A stretch of 64,000 bases of DNA from Phycisphaerae bacterium (GTDB lineage Bacteria > Planctomycetota > Phycisphaerae > FEN-1346 > JAACEH01): positions 740 to 64,739 of the forward strand of contig JAWLHX010000014.1 in the NCBI GenBank assembly GCA_041690105.1, written 5' to 3'. The notes beneath the pieces were generated by a model, which saw only the letters and a list, made by a program, of their open reading frames with translations, did no database searches and was not told the DNA's origin. Each line of letters starts with the position of its first letter. Position 1 is the stretch's first letter. The translations under genes and the position numbers were made by a program. This document shows, one piece after another, positions 10,064-19,068 of the stretch.

Positions 10064-11340
10064 GCCTCGTACTTGCAGCGGCCCAGTCGGATATGCTCCT
10101 GGAACTCATCGCGGAACTTCTCGACAATACTGCCCAGGCCCCAGGTTACGGCCTCGCCAAAGGGGCAGATGGTCTGCCCCTCGATGGCCGCCAGTCGGTC
10201 GCTCATCAGGTCGATGTCGCCCTCCATCCCGCGGCCATTCTCGATGCGGTCCAGAATCTGCCGCATCCAGTGGCAGCCTTCCCGACACGGCGTGCACTCT
10301 CCGCAGGTTTCATGATCGAAAAAATGGGCCGTGTTCTGCGCTGCCCGCACCATGCAGACCGTCTCGTCCATTACTATGATGGCCGCCGAGCCAAGCATGC
10401 TGCCGATTTTGGCCAGCGATTCGAAGTTGGCCGGCACATCTATCTCATCCGGCCGCAGCACCGGGGCACTGGAACCGCCGGGGATTACCGCCTTCAAAAC
10501 CCGGTCGCCGCGAATGCCGCCGCCAAATCGGGGATCGTAAATCAGCTCTTTCAGCGTCACCGTCATCGGCGCCTCGTACAGTCCGGGCCGCTTGACATGA
10601 CCCGAAACACAGTAGAGCTTGGGTCCCGTGCTCTTGCCGGAGCCCATGGCCGCGAACTCATCGACCCCAGCAGCTATCACCAGCGGCACGCAAGCCAGGG
10701 TCTCAACATTATTTACCGTCGTCGGACGACCAAAGACGCCGCGCTGGGCGGGAAACGGCGGCTTCTGCCGGGGCCAGGCCCGGTTACCTTCAACCGTCTC
10801 CAGCAGGGCCATTTCTTCGCCGGATATGTATGTGCCCGCGCCCAACCGGATTACCACCTCCAGCGACCAGTCGGTACCCATCAACCCCTGCCCCAGCAGC
10901 CCTGCCTCGCGAGCTTCGTCGATGGCCTGCTGCAGAATTCGCCGACAGTTCGGATACTCGTAGCGCAGCAGGATGAAAGCACGTTCGGCCCGCATGGCCC
11001 AGGCGGCAAGGATGATGCCTTCGAGTACAAGGTGCGGCACGCGCTCCATCAGGTGACGATCTTTAAAGGTGCCGGGCTCGCTCTCGTCGGCATTGACGCA
11101 CAGGTAGCTTGGCCCGCTCGGTTCGGCCGGCATGAAGGACCACTTCATGGCCGCCGAGAAGCCCGCCCCGCCGCGCCCACTGAGACCGCTGCGTTTCACC
11201 TCATCCAGCATCCATTTCCGGTCGTTTCGCCCGAGCACCTGCTCCAGCGCACTGTAACCGCCGCGCTTGCGGTAGGCCTCGAGCATCTCGGGCGACTGCA
11301 CGGTGTACTGCGGAGGAATTAGCTGTAGCTGCATCGTCAC
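10033..11340 (-). CDS. nuoF: NADH-quinone oxidoreductase subunit F (51 kDa, FMN/NADH-binding)
   Basis: GAGTYISGEEMALLETVEG (FMN site) and the C-terminal 4Fe-4S cysteines CGECTPCREG. Confidence 0.9.
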   Translation of the reverse strand: MTMQLQLIPPQYTVQSPEMLEAYRKRGGYSALEQVLGRNDRKWMLDEVKRSGLSGRGGAGFSAAMKWSFMPAEPSGPSYLCVNADESEPGTFKDRHLMERVPHLVLEGIILAAWAMRAERAFILLRYEYPNCRRILQQAIDEAREAGLLGQGLMGTDWSLEVVIRLGAGTYISGEEMALLETVEGNRAWPRQKPPFPAQRGVFGRPTTVNNVETLACVPLVIAAGVDEFAAMGSGKSTGPKLYCVSGHVKRPGLYEAPMTVTLKELIYDPRFGGGIRGDRVLKAVIPGGSSAPVLRPDEIDVPANFESLAKIGSMLGSAAIIVMDETVCMVRAAQNTAHFFDHETCGECTPCREGCHWMRQILDRIENGRGMEGDIDLMSDRLAAIEGQTICPFGEAVTWGLGSIVEKFRDEFQEHIRLGRCKYEAWQPAKEQMA

Positions 11341-11876
11341 GAGCTGCGCCTCCTATAATCCTGCAGAATTTCGCTGACGCGCTGCAGCGTCAGTTTGCCG
11401 TATGGCTGATCGTCCACCAGCATGGCCGGCGCCTGCTCGCACAGGCCGAGACACTCGACCTGATGCAAGGTGAACAGGCCGTCGCTGGTCGTGCCGCCGG
11501 GCTCCACTCCAAGCTCGCGCGAGAGGTGCTCCACCAGCCCGTCGGAACCAGCCATGGCACAAGGTAGCGTGCCGCAAACACGTATGACATGCCTGCCGAC
11601 CGGCGCCCGATGCAGCACCGTGTAGAAGGTCAGCACGTCTTCCATATCGGCCTGAGTCATGCCGAAGCGCTCGGCCAGCGAGGCCGCCAGTTCGGGGCTG
11701 ATATAGTTGCATTCCTTCTGGGCAAGCTCCAGGGCCACCAGCAACACCTCGCGCGGCCGGACAGCCTGGGCCAGCAGTGCATCAATTCGCTGCGATGTTT
11801 GCTCCGATAACTTCACGCCGCCCCTGCTCCTCAAAAAAGCTATGGTGGATTGCCTACCGGTCCAGTTCGGCCGCAA
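11337..11876 (-). CDS. nuoE: NADH-quinone oxidoreductase subunit E (24 kDa, [2Fe-2S])
   Basis: The thioredoxin-like CGTLPCAMAGS...CLGLCEQAP motif set. ATGA overlap with nuoF. Confidence 0.85.
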   Translation of the reverse strand: MRPNWTGRQSTIAFLRSRGGVKLSEQTSQRIDALLAQAVRPREVLLVALELAQKECNYISPELAASLAERFGMTQADMEDVLTFYTVLHRAPVGRHVIRVCGTLPCAMAGSDGLVEHLSRELGVEPGGTTSDGLFTLHQVECLGLCEQAPAMLVDDQPYGKLTLQRVSEILQDYRRRSS

Positions 11877-13125
11877 TTATGTTCAAGGTGGACAGCACAC
11901 TTATGACATCCGACAGCAACCGCCCTTCGACCAGGTCGGGCAGAATCGAAAAATGGATGAACGATGGCGGCCTGACGCGAACGCGATACGGAAACTTCGT
12001 GCCATCGCTGATGATGTAAAAACCCAGTTCGCCATTGGCCGTCTCGTTGGCCGCATACACTTCGCCCACGGGCGGGGCCCCGCCGGTGTTGGGCATGATA
12101 AGCTCGAAATGGTGGATCATCTCCTCCATCTTGCTGTAAACCCGATGCTTGGGAGGCAAGGTCACCTTGTAGTCCGGATCCACGTTCATCTGCGGAGTCT
12201 TTTTGGGCAACTCCTTCAGGGCCTGCTTCAGAATGCGGGCCGATTGCCGCATCTCTTCGTAACGCAGAAAGTAACGGTCGAAAGAATCGCCCACTGTGCC
12301 GATTGGAATGTCGAAATCAAAAGCCTCGTAACCCAGGTATGGCTGGTCGCGCCGCAAATCCCGATCAATCCCGCTGGCCCGGGCAATGGGGCCCGTGAGG
12401 CCGTAATCGACAACCATCTCCTTCGAAATGATGCCGATGTCGCGCATGCGGCTGCGGAACATGGGGTTGTGCAGCACCAGGTCCTCCATGTCCTTCAGTT
12501 CCGGCGGGGTGCGGTCGGCCACGTAGCTGACCCGCTCATGGAAATCGGGCGGAATATCCCACAACAGGCCCCCGGTGCGCGTGTAGCTGGTCATGTAGCG
12601 GGAGCCGGTTACAAATTCGAACACGTCGTAGCACTCTTCGCGGCCGATGAAGCTCCACAGAAACGGCGTTACGCCGCCAAGCTCCAGCGGCGAGGTGCCG
12701 ATGAAGAAGCTATGGTCCTGCAGCCGGGCAACCTCGGCCAGAATGAGCCGCACCAGCTTTGTGTAATCGGTGCACTCGATGCCGTAAAGCTTCTCCACCG
12801 CGGTGTGCCAGGCCAGGTTGTTGGCGTACGGCGACATGTAATTCATGCGGTCGGTAACTGTTACGTACTGGTTGTAGGTATGATGCTCGCCCAGCTTCTC
12901 GAACCCGGAGTGCAGATAGCCGATGTGCGGCGTGCACTTGACCACGCGCTCGCCCTCCAGTTCCAGAATGAGGCGCAATGTGCCGTGCGTGGCCGGGTGC
13001 TGCGGGCCGAAGTTAAGAACCATCCGCTCGCCGGCCGGAGTATCGCCAGCGACGGGTTCGTCAACAGTATGGCCAGCAGCGGCTTTTGTCGGGGCGATAT
13101 CAGCCATTTGCCTTCCGCTCGTCAA
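11854..13125 (-). CDS. nuoD: NADH-quinone oxidoreductase subunit D (49 kDa)
   Basis: MVLNFGPQHPATHGTLRLILELEGE... is the canonical NuoD N-terminus. Confidence 0.9.
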   Translation of the reverse strand: MTSGRQMADIAPTKAAAGHTVDEPVAGDTPAGERMVLNFGPQHPATHGTLRLILELEGERVVKCTPHIGYLHSGFEKLGEHHTYNQYVTVTDRMNYMSPYANNLAWHTAVEKLYGIECTDYTKLVRLILAEVARLQDHSFFIGTSPLELGGVTPFLWSFIGREECYDVFEFVTGSRYMTSYTRTGGLLWDIPPDFHERVSYVADRTPPELKDMEDLVLHNPMFRSRMRDIGIISKEMVVDYGLTGPIARASGIDRDLRRDQPYLGYEAFDFDIPIGTVGDSFDRYFLRYEEMRQSARILKQALKELPKKTPQMNVDPDYKVTLPPKHRVYSKMEEMIHHFELIMPNTGGAPPVGEVYAANETANGELGFYIISDGTKFPYRVRVRPPSFIHFSILPDLVEGRLLSDVISVLSTLNIIAAELDR

Positions 13126-13750
13126 GTTTTCGACCTACGCTCTCATCAAGCTTCTGATCAACAGGAGACGTCTGCAGCCGGCGGCTCTCGGCCGCCTGTG
13201 GGAAATCATCGGCAACCCGGTCAAAGTTGGACCGCTCGCCCAGTCCCTTCAGCGGGTAGTCCTTGCGCAGCGGATGGCTCTGGAAGCCTTCCCACATCAG
13301 AATGCGCCGTAAATCCGGATGACCCTCAAAATGAATGCCGAACAGGTCGTATATCTCGCGCTCGGTCCAGTTGGCCAGGCTCCAGAGAGCAGTGACCGAG
13401 GGTACCGAGGCATCGTCCTCAGGCACCGGGGCCTGCACTCGCACGCGTTCCTCGCTCGCCCAGCTGAGCAGGTGATAGCTGATTGCAAAGCGTTCGGCAA
13501 AGGGCGGATGCGGATGTTTCAGGTAATCGACCCCGGCCACATCCACCGGAAAGTTAAAGCCCAGCCCGGCTCCGTCGCGCAAAGCCCGCAAAACCTCCAG
13601 AATCAGCCTGCGCTCGGCGACAATGGTCAACTCGCCCCGGTGCAGGCGCCAGTCGCGCACGCCGTGCGGCACCGCCTGGCGAATCCGGCCAACAATCTCT
13701 TCGGCACGATGCTCTTTCACCGGTCGACCTCCGCACGTCTCTCGGCCCAC
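13100..13750 (-). CDS. nuoC: NADH-quinone oxidoreductase subunit C (30 kDa)
   Basis: [26 protein letters not shown] is the NuoC C-terminal signature. Confidence 0.85.
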   Translation of the reverse strand: MGRETCGGRPVKEHRAEEIVGRIRQAVPHGVRDWRLHRGELTIVAERRLILEVLRALRDGAGLGFNFPVDVAGVDYLKHPHPPFAERFAISYHLLSWASEERVRVQAPVPEDDASVPSVTALWSLANWTEREIYDLFGIHFEGHPDLRRILMWEGFQSHPLRKDYPLKGLGERSNFDRVADDFPQAAESRRLQTSPVDQKLDESVGRKLDERKANG

Positions 13751-14298
13751 CGCTGCTGCAACTCGGACCGCCCGGCCCGACCGTCGCCAGGGGCTGATGC
13801 AATCGGCTCGGCTTTGTCCTTGTGATAATCCCCGAACTTCTCCTTCTCGATCTGTTCCTGGATCCGCATCACCGCTTCAAGCAGCCCCTCGGGCCGCGGC
13901 GGGCAACCCGGAATGTAGACATCGACCGGCAGAAACTGGTCGACGCCCTGGATGACCGCGTAGGTATCAAAAACGCCGCCCGAACTGGCACAGGCGCCCA
14001 TGGATATAACCCACTTCGGCTCGGGCATCTGCCGGTAAACCGTCTGCAGCACAGGCATCATCTTGGCCACTACACGGCCGCCGACAATCAACAAATCGCT
14101 TTGCCGCGGGCTGAAGCGCACCACCTCGGCCCCGAAACGGGCCAGGTCGTAGCGTGCAACCATTGTGCTCATCAGTTCGATGGCGCAGCAGGCTGTGCCG
14201 AAGGCCAGCGGCCAAAGGCTGTTTTTGCGTGCCCAGTTCAGGAAATCAGCGGCCCGGGTTGTCAGGTAACCCTCGCCCAGATGGCCCTCTAGCCCCAT
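13717..14298 (-). CDS. nuoB: NADH-quinone oxidoreductase subunit B (20 kDa, [4Fe-4S] N2)
   Basis: CCAIELM...GACASSGG...GCPPRPE cysteine motifs. Confidence 0.9.
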   Translation of the reverse strand: MGLEGHLGEGYLTTRAADFLNWARKNSLWPLAFGTACCAIELMSTMVARYDLARFGAEVVRFSPRQSDLLIVGGRVVAKMMPVLQTVYRQMPEPKWVISMGACASSGGVFDTYAVIQGVDQFLPVDVYIPGCPPRPEGLLEAVMRIQEQIEKEKFGDYHKDKAEPIASAPGDGRAGRSELQQRWAERRAEVDR

Positions 14299-14684
14299 TC
14301 ATACGCCCCTTCGCGCCAACCGTAGAAGTAGCCTGCCAGCAACACCAGGAAAAAGACGAGCATCTCCAGCAGGATGAAATATCCCAGGTTCAGGCTCCAA
14401 CCGTAAATCAGCGACCACGGAAAGAGGAACAGCACCTCGACATCGAAGGCCAGAAAGATGATGGCCATCAGGTAGTACTCGATGGACAGCCTCAGGCGCC
14501 CGCCCCCAAGGGCAGGCATACCCGACTCGTAAGGCTGCTCCTTGACCAGGTCGCGCCGTCGCGGGCCCATCACGGCCGATATGGTTACCGTGCCTATGGC
14601 CATCAGCACAGCCAGAATCGTCAGCAGCAGAATCGGCAGATACGGACTCAGGTTGACCGTCAGATCGTCCTGCATTGAACTCAC
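14289..14684 (-). CDS. nuoA: NADH-quinone oxidoreductase subunit A
   Basis: 131-aa three-TM protein with the NuoA motif [39 protein letters not shown]. Confidence 0.85.
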   Translation of the reverse strand: MSSMQDDLTVNLSPYLPILLLTILAVLMAIGTVTISAVMGPRRRDLVKEQPYESGMPALGGGRLRLSIEYYLMAIIFLAFDVEVLFLFPWSLIYGWSLNLGYFILLEMLVFFLVLLAGYFYGWREGAYEWG

Positions 14685-14690
14685 CTTCTC

Positions 14691-15602
14691 CTAACGCGAC
14701 TGTAACTTCTGCAAGGCCTCGGCGATGGCCCGCTCGGCCGATTCCTGGCTCAGCCCCATCTCCACTCCGCGGCCACCAAACTTGACGCGCACGTCCTGGT
14801 AACGCTCCGACTCGGCCCCCGCACCCACAACCCGTTCGGACTCCTCGGCAAGCTCTTCCTCGGCCTCCTGGGGGACCTGGGTGCTGGTTACGCGGCCCGG
14901 CTGTTCCATCTGAGATTCGGTAGCCTCAACCGCTTCGGCAGCACCCTCATCCGGCGGCGTCTGCTCGCTCAGTTCCCGCTGAGCCTGGGCACGCCCACCA
15001 GGCTTTTCGCCCTCGGCCGGCTTCTTCTGCTCAGGCTTTTCGGCCTCGGCTGGCTTCTTCGCAGGTTTTGCCGCCGGTGGCTCGGCCTTTTCGGCCTTCT
15101 GCTCCCCCTTCGCTCGGGCAGCAGACTTTGCCTCCGCTGCAGGCGCTTTCGATTTCTCCTCCGCCTCCGGGGCTTCACCCTCTGCTGCGGGCGCTTTCTT
15201 CGGAGCTTCAGGCTCAGCAGCCTGCGGCTTTTTTGCCTCGGGCTTGGCCTGCGGTTTTTCCGGCTCGGCCTTCTTATTTGCTGCTTTGCGACCCTTGGCG
15301 GCCTCGGCGCCGCCAGCGCCCGCACCGGCTTCGGCCAGATCGTCCGAAATATCTTCGTCTTCCTCGGCAATCAAAGCAATAGGCTGACCAACCGGAACCT
15401 TCTCGCCCTCATTCACCAGAATTTTCCGCAGAGTGCCCGGGGCGTAGGCCTCGAAATCAATCGTCGCCTTGTCGCTCTCGATCTCGGCCAGCAACTCGCC
15501 GGCCTCCACGGCGTCACCCTCCTGCTTCAGCCAGCGCACAATGGTGCCTTCCTTCATCGTGTCGCTCAGTTGAGGCATAACAACCTGTGTCGCCATCGCC
15601 AA
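14691..15602 (-). CDS. lipoyl-domain protein: E2-like N-terminal lipoyl domain plus long Ala/Pro/Lys/Glu linker, no acyltransferase catalytic domain
   Basis: MPQLSDTMKEGTIVRWLKQEGDAVEAGELLAEIESDKATIDFEA is a canonical lipoyl attachment domain (lipoyl-Lys in SDKA). A ~170-aa low-complexity AEPEKPQAKP... linker follows, and the protein ends after ~80 more residues without the DHRxxDG catalytic core. Its stop is 6 nt before the nuoA start. Confidence 0.75.
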   Translation of the reverse strand: MAMATQVVMPQLSDTMKEGTIVRWLKQEGDAVEAGELLAEIESDKATIDFEAYAPGTLRKILVNEGEKVPVGQPIALIAEEDEDISDDLAEAGAGAGGAEAAKGRKAANKKAEPEKPQAKPEAKKPQAAEPEAPKKAPAAEGEAPEAEEKSKAPAAEAKSAARAKGEQKAEKAEPPAAKPAKKPAEAEKPEQKKPAEGEKPGGRAQAQRELSEQTPPDEGAAEAVEATESQMEQPGRVTSTQVPQEAEEELAEESERVVGAGAESERYQDVRVKFGGRGVEMGLSQESAERAIAEALQKLQSR

Positions 15603-15644
15603 TTCCCCTTTTTACATGCAGCTCAAAACCGCCCCTGCTGCCGG

Positions 15645-16634
15645 CTAATCAGCCGCCTTTCGTCCCAGGGTCAGATTAACCGCCTCTATGACCTGCTCGG
15701 CCGATGGTATGCAGGCCTGCTCGAGTTCCTTGTTATAGGGCATCGGAACTTCGCGCCCGCTCACCCGCCTGATGGGAGCATCGAGATAATCCATGCCGAA
15801 TTCCTGAATCTGGGCCGCCACCTCGGCCATCACCCCGCATGTTCGCCAGCACTCCTCCACACATACCAGGCGGCCGGTCTTGACCACGCTCTTCAGGACA
15901 AGCTCGGTATCCATCGGCTTCAGGCAGCGCAGGTCGATTACCTCGCAGTCGACGCCCTGCCCCTCGAGTTTCCGGGCCGCCTCCAGCGAAACGTGCAGCA
16001 TGCGCGAATAGCTGACAATCGTCACGTCGGCCCCGGGGCGTTTGATGTCGCCCACGCCAACCGGCAGCAGATACTCTTCCTCGGGCACCTCGCCCTCCAG
16101 CGAGTAAAGCCCCTCGTGCTCCAGGAAGATGACCGGATCTTCCATCCGCAGGGCCGTCTTCAGCAGACCCTTGGCATCGTACGGCGTGGAGGGCATCATG
16201 ACGAACAGGCCCGGGGCATGCACGAACCAGGTTTCCAGGCTCTGCGAGTGCTGGGCCCCGAGTTGCTGGCCTCCGCCCCCGGGAGCCCGGAAGACGGCCG
16301 GCACCGGCAGAATGTTGCCCGACATGTAACGCCATTTGGAGGCATGGTTTACCAGTTGGTCCATGGCCAGCATCATGAAATTGACCGTCATGAACTCGAT
16401 GCAGGGACGCAGTCCGGCCATGGCCGAGCCGACGCCCAGGCCGGCAATGACCTGCTCGCTGATCGGCGTGTCGAGCACCCGTTGCTGGCCGAATTCTTCC
16501 AGCAACCCCTGCGTCACCTTGAACGAGCCCTGATATTCTCCCACATCCTCGCCAGCAATAAAGATGCGCATGTCGCGCCGCATCTCCTCCCTGAGGGCCT
16601 GGTTCAGGGCTTCTCGCATGCTGATTTTCTGCAT
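15645..16634 (-). CDS. pdhB: 2-oxoacid (pyruvate-type) dehydrogenase E1 component beta subunit (transketolase-like)
   Basis: MQKISMREALNQALREEMRRDMRIFIAGEDVG... is a typical E1-beta N-terminus. Start chosen at the internal ATG 16632-16634 (ORF track 16733). The substrate (pyruvate, branched-chain or acetoin) cannot be resolved from the sequence. Confidence 0.8.
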   Translation of the reverse strand: MQKISMREALNQALREEMRRDMRIFIAGEDVGEYQGSFKVTQGLLEEFGQQRVLDTPISEQVIAGLGVGSAMAGLRPCIEFMTVNFMMLAMDQLVNHASKWRYMSGNILPVPAVFRAPGGGGQQLGAQHSQSLETWFVHAPGLFVMMPSTPYDAKGLLKTALRMEDPVIFLEHEGLYSLEGEVPEEEYLLPVGVGDIKRPGADVTIVSYSRMLHVSLEAARKLEGQGVDCEVIDLRCLKPMDTELVLKSVVKTGRLVCVEECWRTCGVMAEVAAQIQEFGMDYLDAPIRRVSGREVPMPYNKELEQACIPSAEQVIEAVNLTLGRKAAD

Positions 16635-16698
16635 TGCCAGTGGTCTCCCGCCTGGTACATGAAGCAGACCGCCCTTTGGGCAGGGCCGGTCTGCAGGA

Positions 16699-17715
16699 CT
16701 ATTGATCCGGGGCCTTGTAATCGGCAAAAGCAAATTCGGTCAAACGATCGAGCGGCGGCTTCGGGCTATCCTCGGCAAAGGCCACAATATCTTTAACCTG
16801 CTGCTCAATTTCGCTGCGAATGGCCTTGAAATCTTCCTCGGCCGCCTGTCCGGCGTCTATCATCCGCTGCTGCAGTCGTTTGATCGGGTCGCGCTCGCGC
16901 CAGGTGGCTACGTCTTCGCGGGTTCGGTAACGCTGCGGATCGCTCATCGAATGGCCGCGGAAGCGATACGTGCGGGCTTCGATGAAAGTGGGCCGCTGTT
17001 CGCTCTTGACATACCTGACGGCCCGGTCGATGACCTCGATCACGGCCAATACGTCCATGCCGTTTACTTTGTCGATACGCATGTTGTAGCCCAGGGCCCG
17101 TTTTGAAAGATCGACGAACGAACTGGCCCTGCTGACAGCCGTGCCCATGCCGAATTCGTTATTCTCGCAGATGAAGACGATCGGCAGATTCCACAGACTG
17201 GCCAGGTTCAGCCCCTCGTGAAAAGTGCCCTCATTGACGGCTCCGTCGCCGAAGGCACAAACCACGACCGCGTCTTCCTGACGATACTTGACCGCAAAGC
17301 CCAGACCGGTGGACACTGCTATCTGGCCGCCGACGATAGCGTCGCCGCCAAAGAACTTCAGTTCGCGACTGTACATGTGCATAGACCCGCCACGCCCCCT
17401 GGCCACGCCATCGGAGCGCCCGTAGAGTTCGGCCATGACCTGCTTCGGATCCATGCCACGGGCAATGGCATAGCCATGATCGCGGTAGGCATCGATGACA
17501 TAATCCTTGTTTGTCAGCACGTGCTCCAGCCCGACAGCCACGGCTTCTTCGCCGATATACAGGTGGCAGAAGCCGGCAATTCTGCCGCGCTGGTACATCT
17601 CGGCCGTCTTTTCCTCAAACCGCCTGATCAGTTGCATCTGCCGGTAAAGCGACAACAATTCCTTGCGCGTCAACCGGCTGGTTACGCTCAGATCGCGGCC
17701 GTCTTTCTCAGCCAT
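16699..17715 (-). CDS. pdhA: 2-oxoacid (pyruvate-type) dehydrogenase E1 component alpha subunit (TPP-binding)
   Basis: TPP-binding motif GDGAVNEGTFHEGLNLASLWNLPIVFICENN and the phosphorylation-loop region YRFRGHSMSDP. Confidence 0.85.
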   Translation of the reverse strand: MAEKDGRDLSVTSRLTRKELLSLYRQMQLIRRFEEKTAEMYQRGRIAGFCHLYIGEEAVAVGLEHVLTNKDYVIDAYRDHGYAIARGMDPKQVMAELYGRSDGVARGRGGSMHMYSRELKFFGGDAIVGGQIAVSTGLGFAVKYRQEDAVVVCAFGDGAVNEGTFHEGLNLASLWNLPIVFICENNEFGMGTAVSRASSFVDLSKRALGYNMRIDKVNGMDVLAVIEVIDRAVRYVKSEQRPTFIEARTYRFRGHSMSDPQRYRTREDVATWRERDPIKRLQQRMIDAGQAAEEDFKAIRSEIEQQVKDIVAFAEDSPKPPLDRLTEFAFADYKAPDQ

Positions 17716-17776
17716 AACGCTGCTCCTGTACGTTCTTTGCGGTCCGCCACCCGGGGGCAGCCCCCGCCCCGCCCCG

Positions 17777-17962
17777 TCAGTTGATGCTCACCGTCAGGCC
17801 CAGGTCGTATTGCTCCTTGCAGCCCGGGCACTGCAGCAACATCATCAGGCGGCCCCGCTCGCCACTTTTCTTGAAATATACGTGCCAGCCGCCCTTGTAA
17901 TCGCAGCTCGGGCAGTCGTGCCACTGATTATCCACCCCCAGAGAATGCCTCTGCATTGCCAT
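17777..17962 (-). CDS. small zinc-ribbon protein (CPxC...CPxC), first gene of the pdh-nuo transcription unit
   Basis: 61 aa MAMQRHSLGVDNQWHDCPSCDYKGGWHVYFKKSGERGRLMMLLQCPGCKEQYDL with two CxxC pairs. A GAAGGAG Shine-Dalgarno precedes the ATG at 17960-17962. Confidence 0.5.
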   Translation of the reverse strand: MAMQRHSLGVDNQWHDCPSCDYKGGWHVYFKKSGERGRLMMLLQCPGCKEQYDLGLTVSIN

Positions 17963-18555
17963 TGGCGGCTCCTTCACCCGACTTGCGGCGTCAAACCAAT
18001 GTCTGCTATCAACAGCCAGCCTGCAAAACCTGCCCATAGTGCAGCACAGGTTGGGTTAAATGTCAGCAAAACCACCTAGAATCAGGTTTACCCTCAATGC
18101 CGTAATAAAACAATAGCCTAATTGACGCAAATTGAGGATAAGACGGACCATTATTCTCCACTTTGTCCTCTATAGCGGCCCGGGCAACACCTGGCCGGCC
18201 CTGCGGTGCCGCCGCCTGCGTCCGACCCCATTTTTCGCTGGATTGCAGACGCCCGGGGCCAATTGAGCCCGATTGCCTCACTCTACTGCGCGCCATTGCG
18301 TTTATTATGAGGATAGACGCTGTGCTGACTGCGATTCGCTCAACTGGTGGGCCAGCCGATAAAGCACTGGAGCCGCGAAGGTTACGATGTTTGCGGCTAC
18401 TTCAATAACGATGCTGAAGGCCATGCTCCGCACAACGCCCATCAGTTGCGACAACTGCTCGGGCAGACCGACCAACCTCTACAGGAGCAGCAGCGGTCGC
18501 AGGAGCTTTGGGAACAGTAAGGCAATCAGGTTTCTTCAGGTGAGGGAAAAGTGTC
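17963..18555. promoter_or_regulatory. ~590-bp divergent intergenic region, locally AT-rich; putative promoters for the minus-strand pdh-nuo operon and the plus-strand PEBP gene
   Basis: No convincing ORF. It contains the AT-rich stretch 18060-18160 with a TTGACG -35-like hexamer. Confidence 0.35.
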
Positions 18556-19035
18556 ATGGCATCATTCAAACTTACCAGCAGCGCTTTTAACAACGGCCAG
18601 CCCATTCCGCGCAAGTACACGCAGGAGGGACAGAACGCCTCGCCCCCGCTCTCCTGGAGCAACCTGCCACAGGACACGCGGGAACTGGCCCTTATCTGCG
18701 ACGACCCCGATGCCCCCCGCCCGCAACCATGGGTGCACTGGCTGATTTACGGCATCAGTCCCGCGCTGGCCGAACTGAACGAACGGATAGAAAAGGGCGA
18801 GCACGTGGACATCGACAACGGAGGAGCCCTCCAGGGTCGCAATACATCCGACTCGGTCGGCTATGACGGACCCATGCCGCCGCCGGGGCACGGCGTGCAT
18901 CATTACCACTTCAGGCTGTACGCCCTGGACGAGGCTCTGCAACTGAGGCCCTCGCTGACAAAGGAGGAGTTGCTCGAGGAGATGGAAGATCACGTTATCG
19001 ATCAGGCCGAACTCATCGGCACCTACGAGCGCTGA
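18556..19035 (+). CDS. YbhB/YbcL-family phosphatidylethanolamine-binding protein (PEBP/RKIP-like)
   Basis: DPDAP...HHYHFRLYALD is the PEBP signature. Confidence 0.85.
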   Translation: MASFKLTSSAFNNGQPIPRKYTQEGQNASPPLSWSNLPQDTRELALICDDPDAPRPQPWVHWLIYGISPALAELNERIEKGEHVDIDNGGALQGRNTSDSVGYDGPMPPPGHGVHHYHFRLYALDEALQLRPSLTKEELLEEMEDHVIDQAELIGTYER

Positions 19036-19068
19036 TTTCCGGCCGCATCCCGTCAGCAAGGGCTGCAT

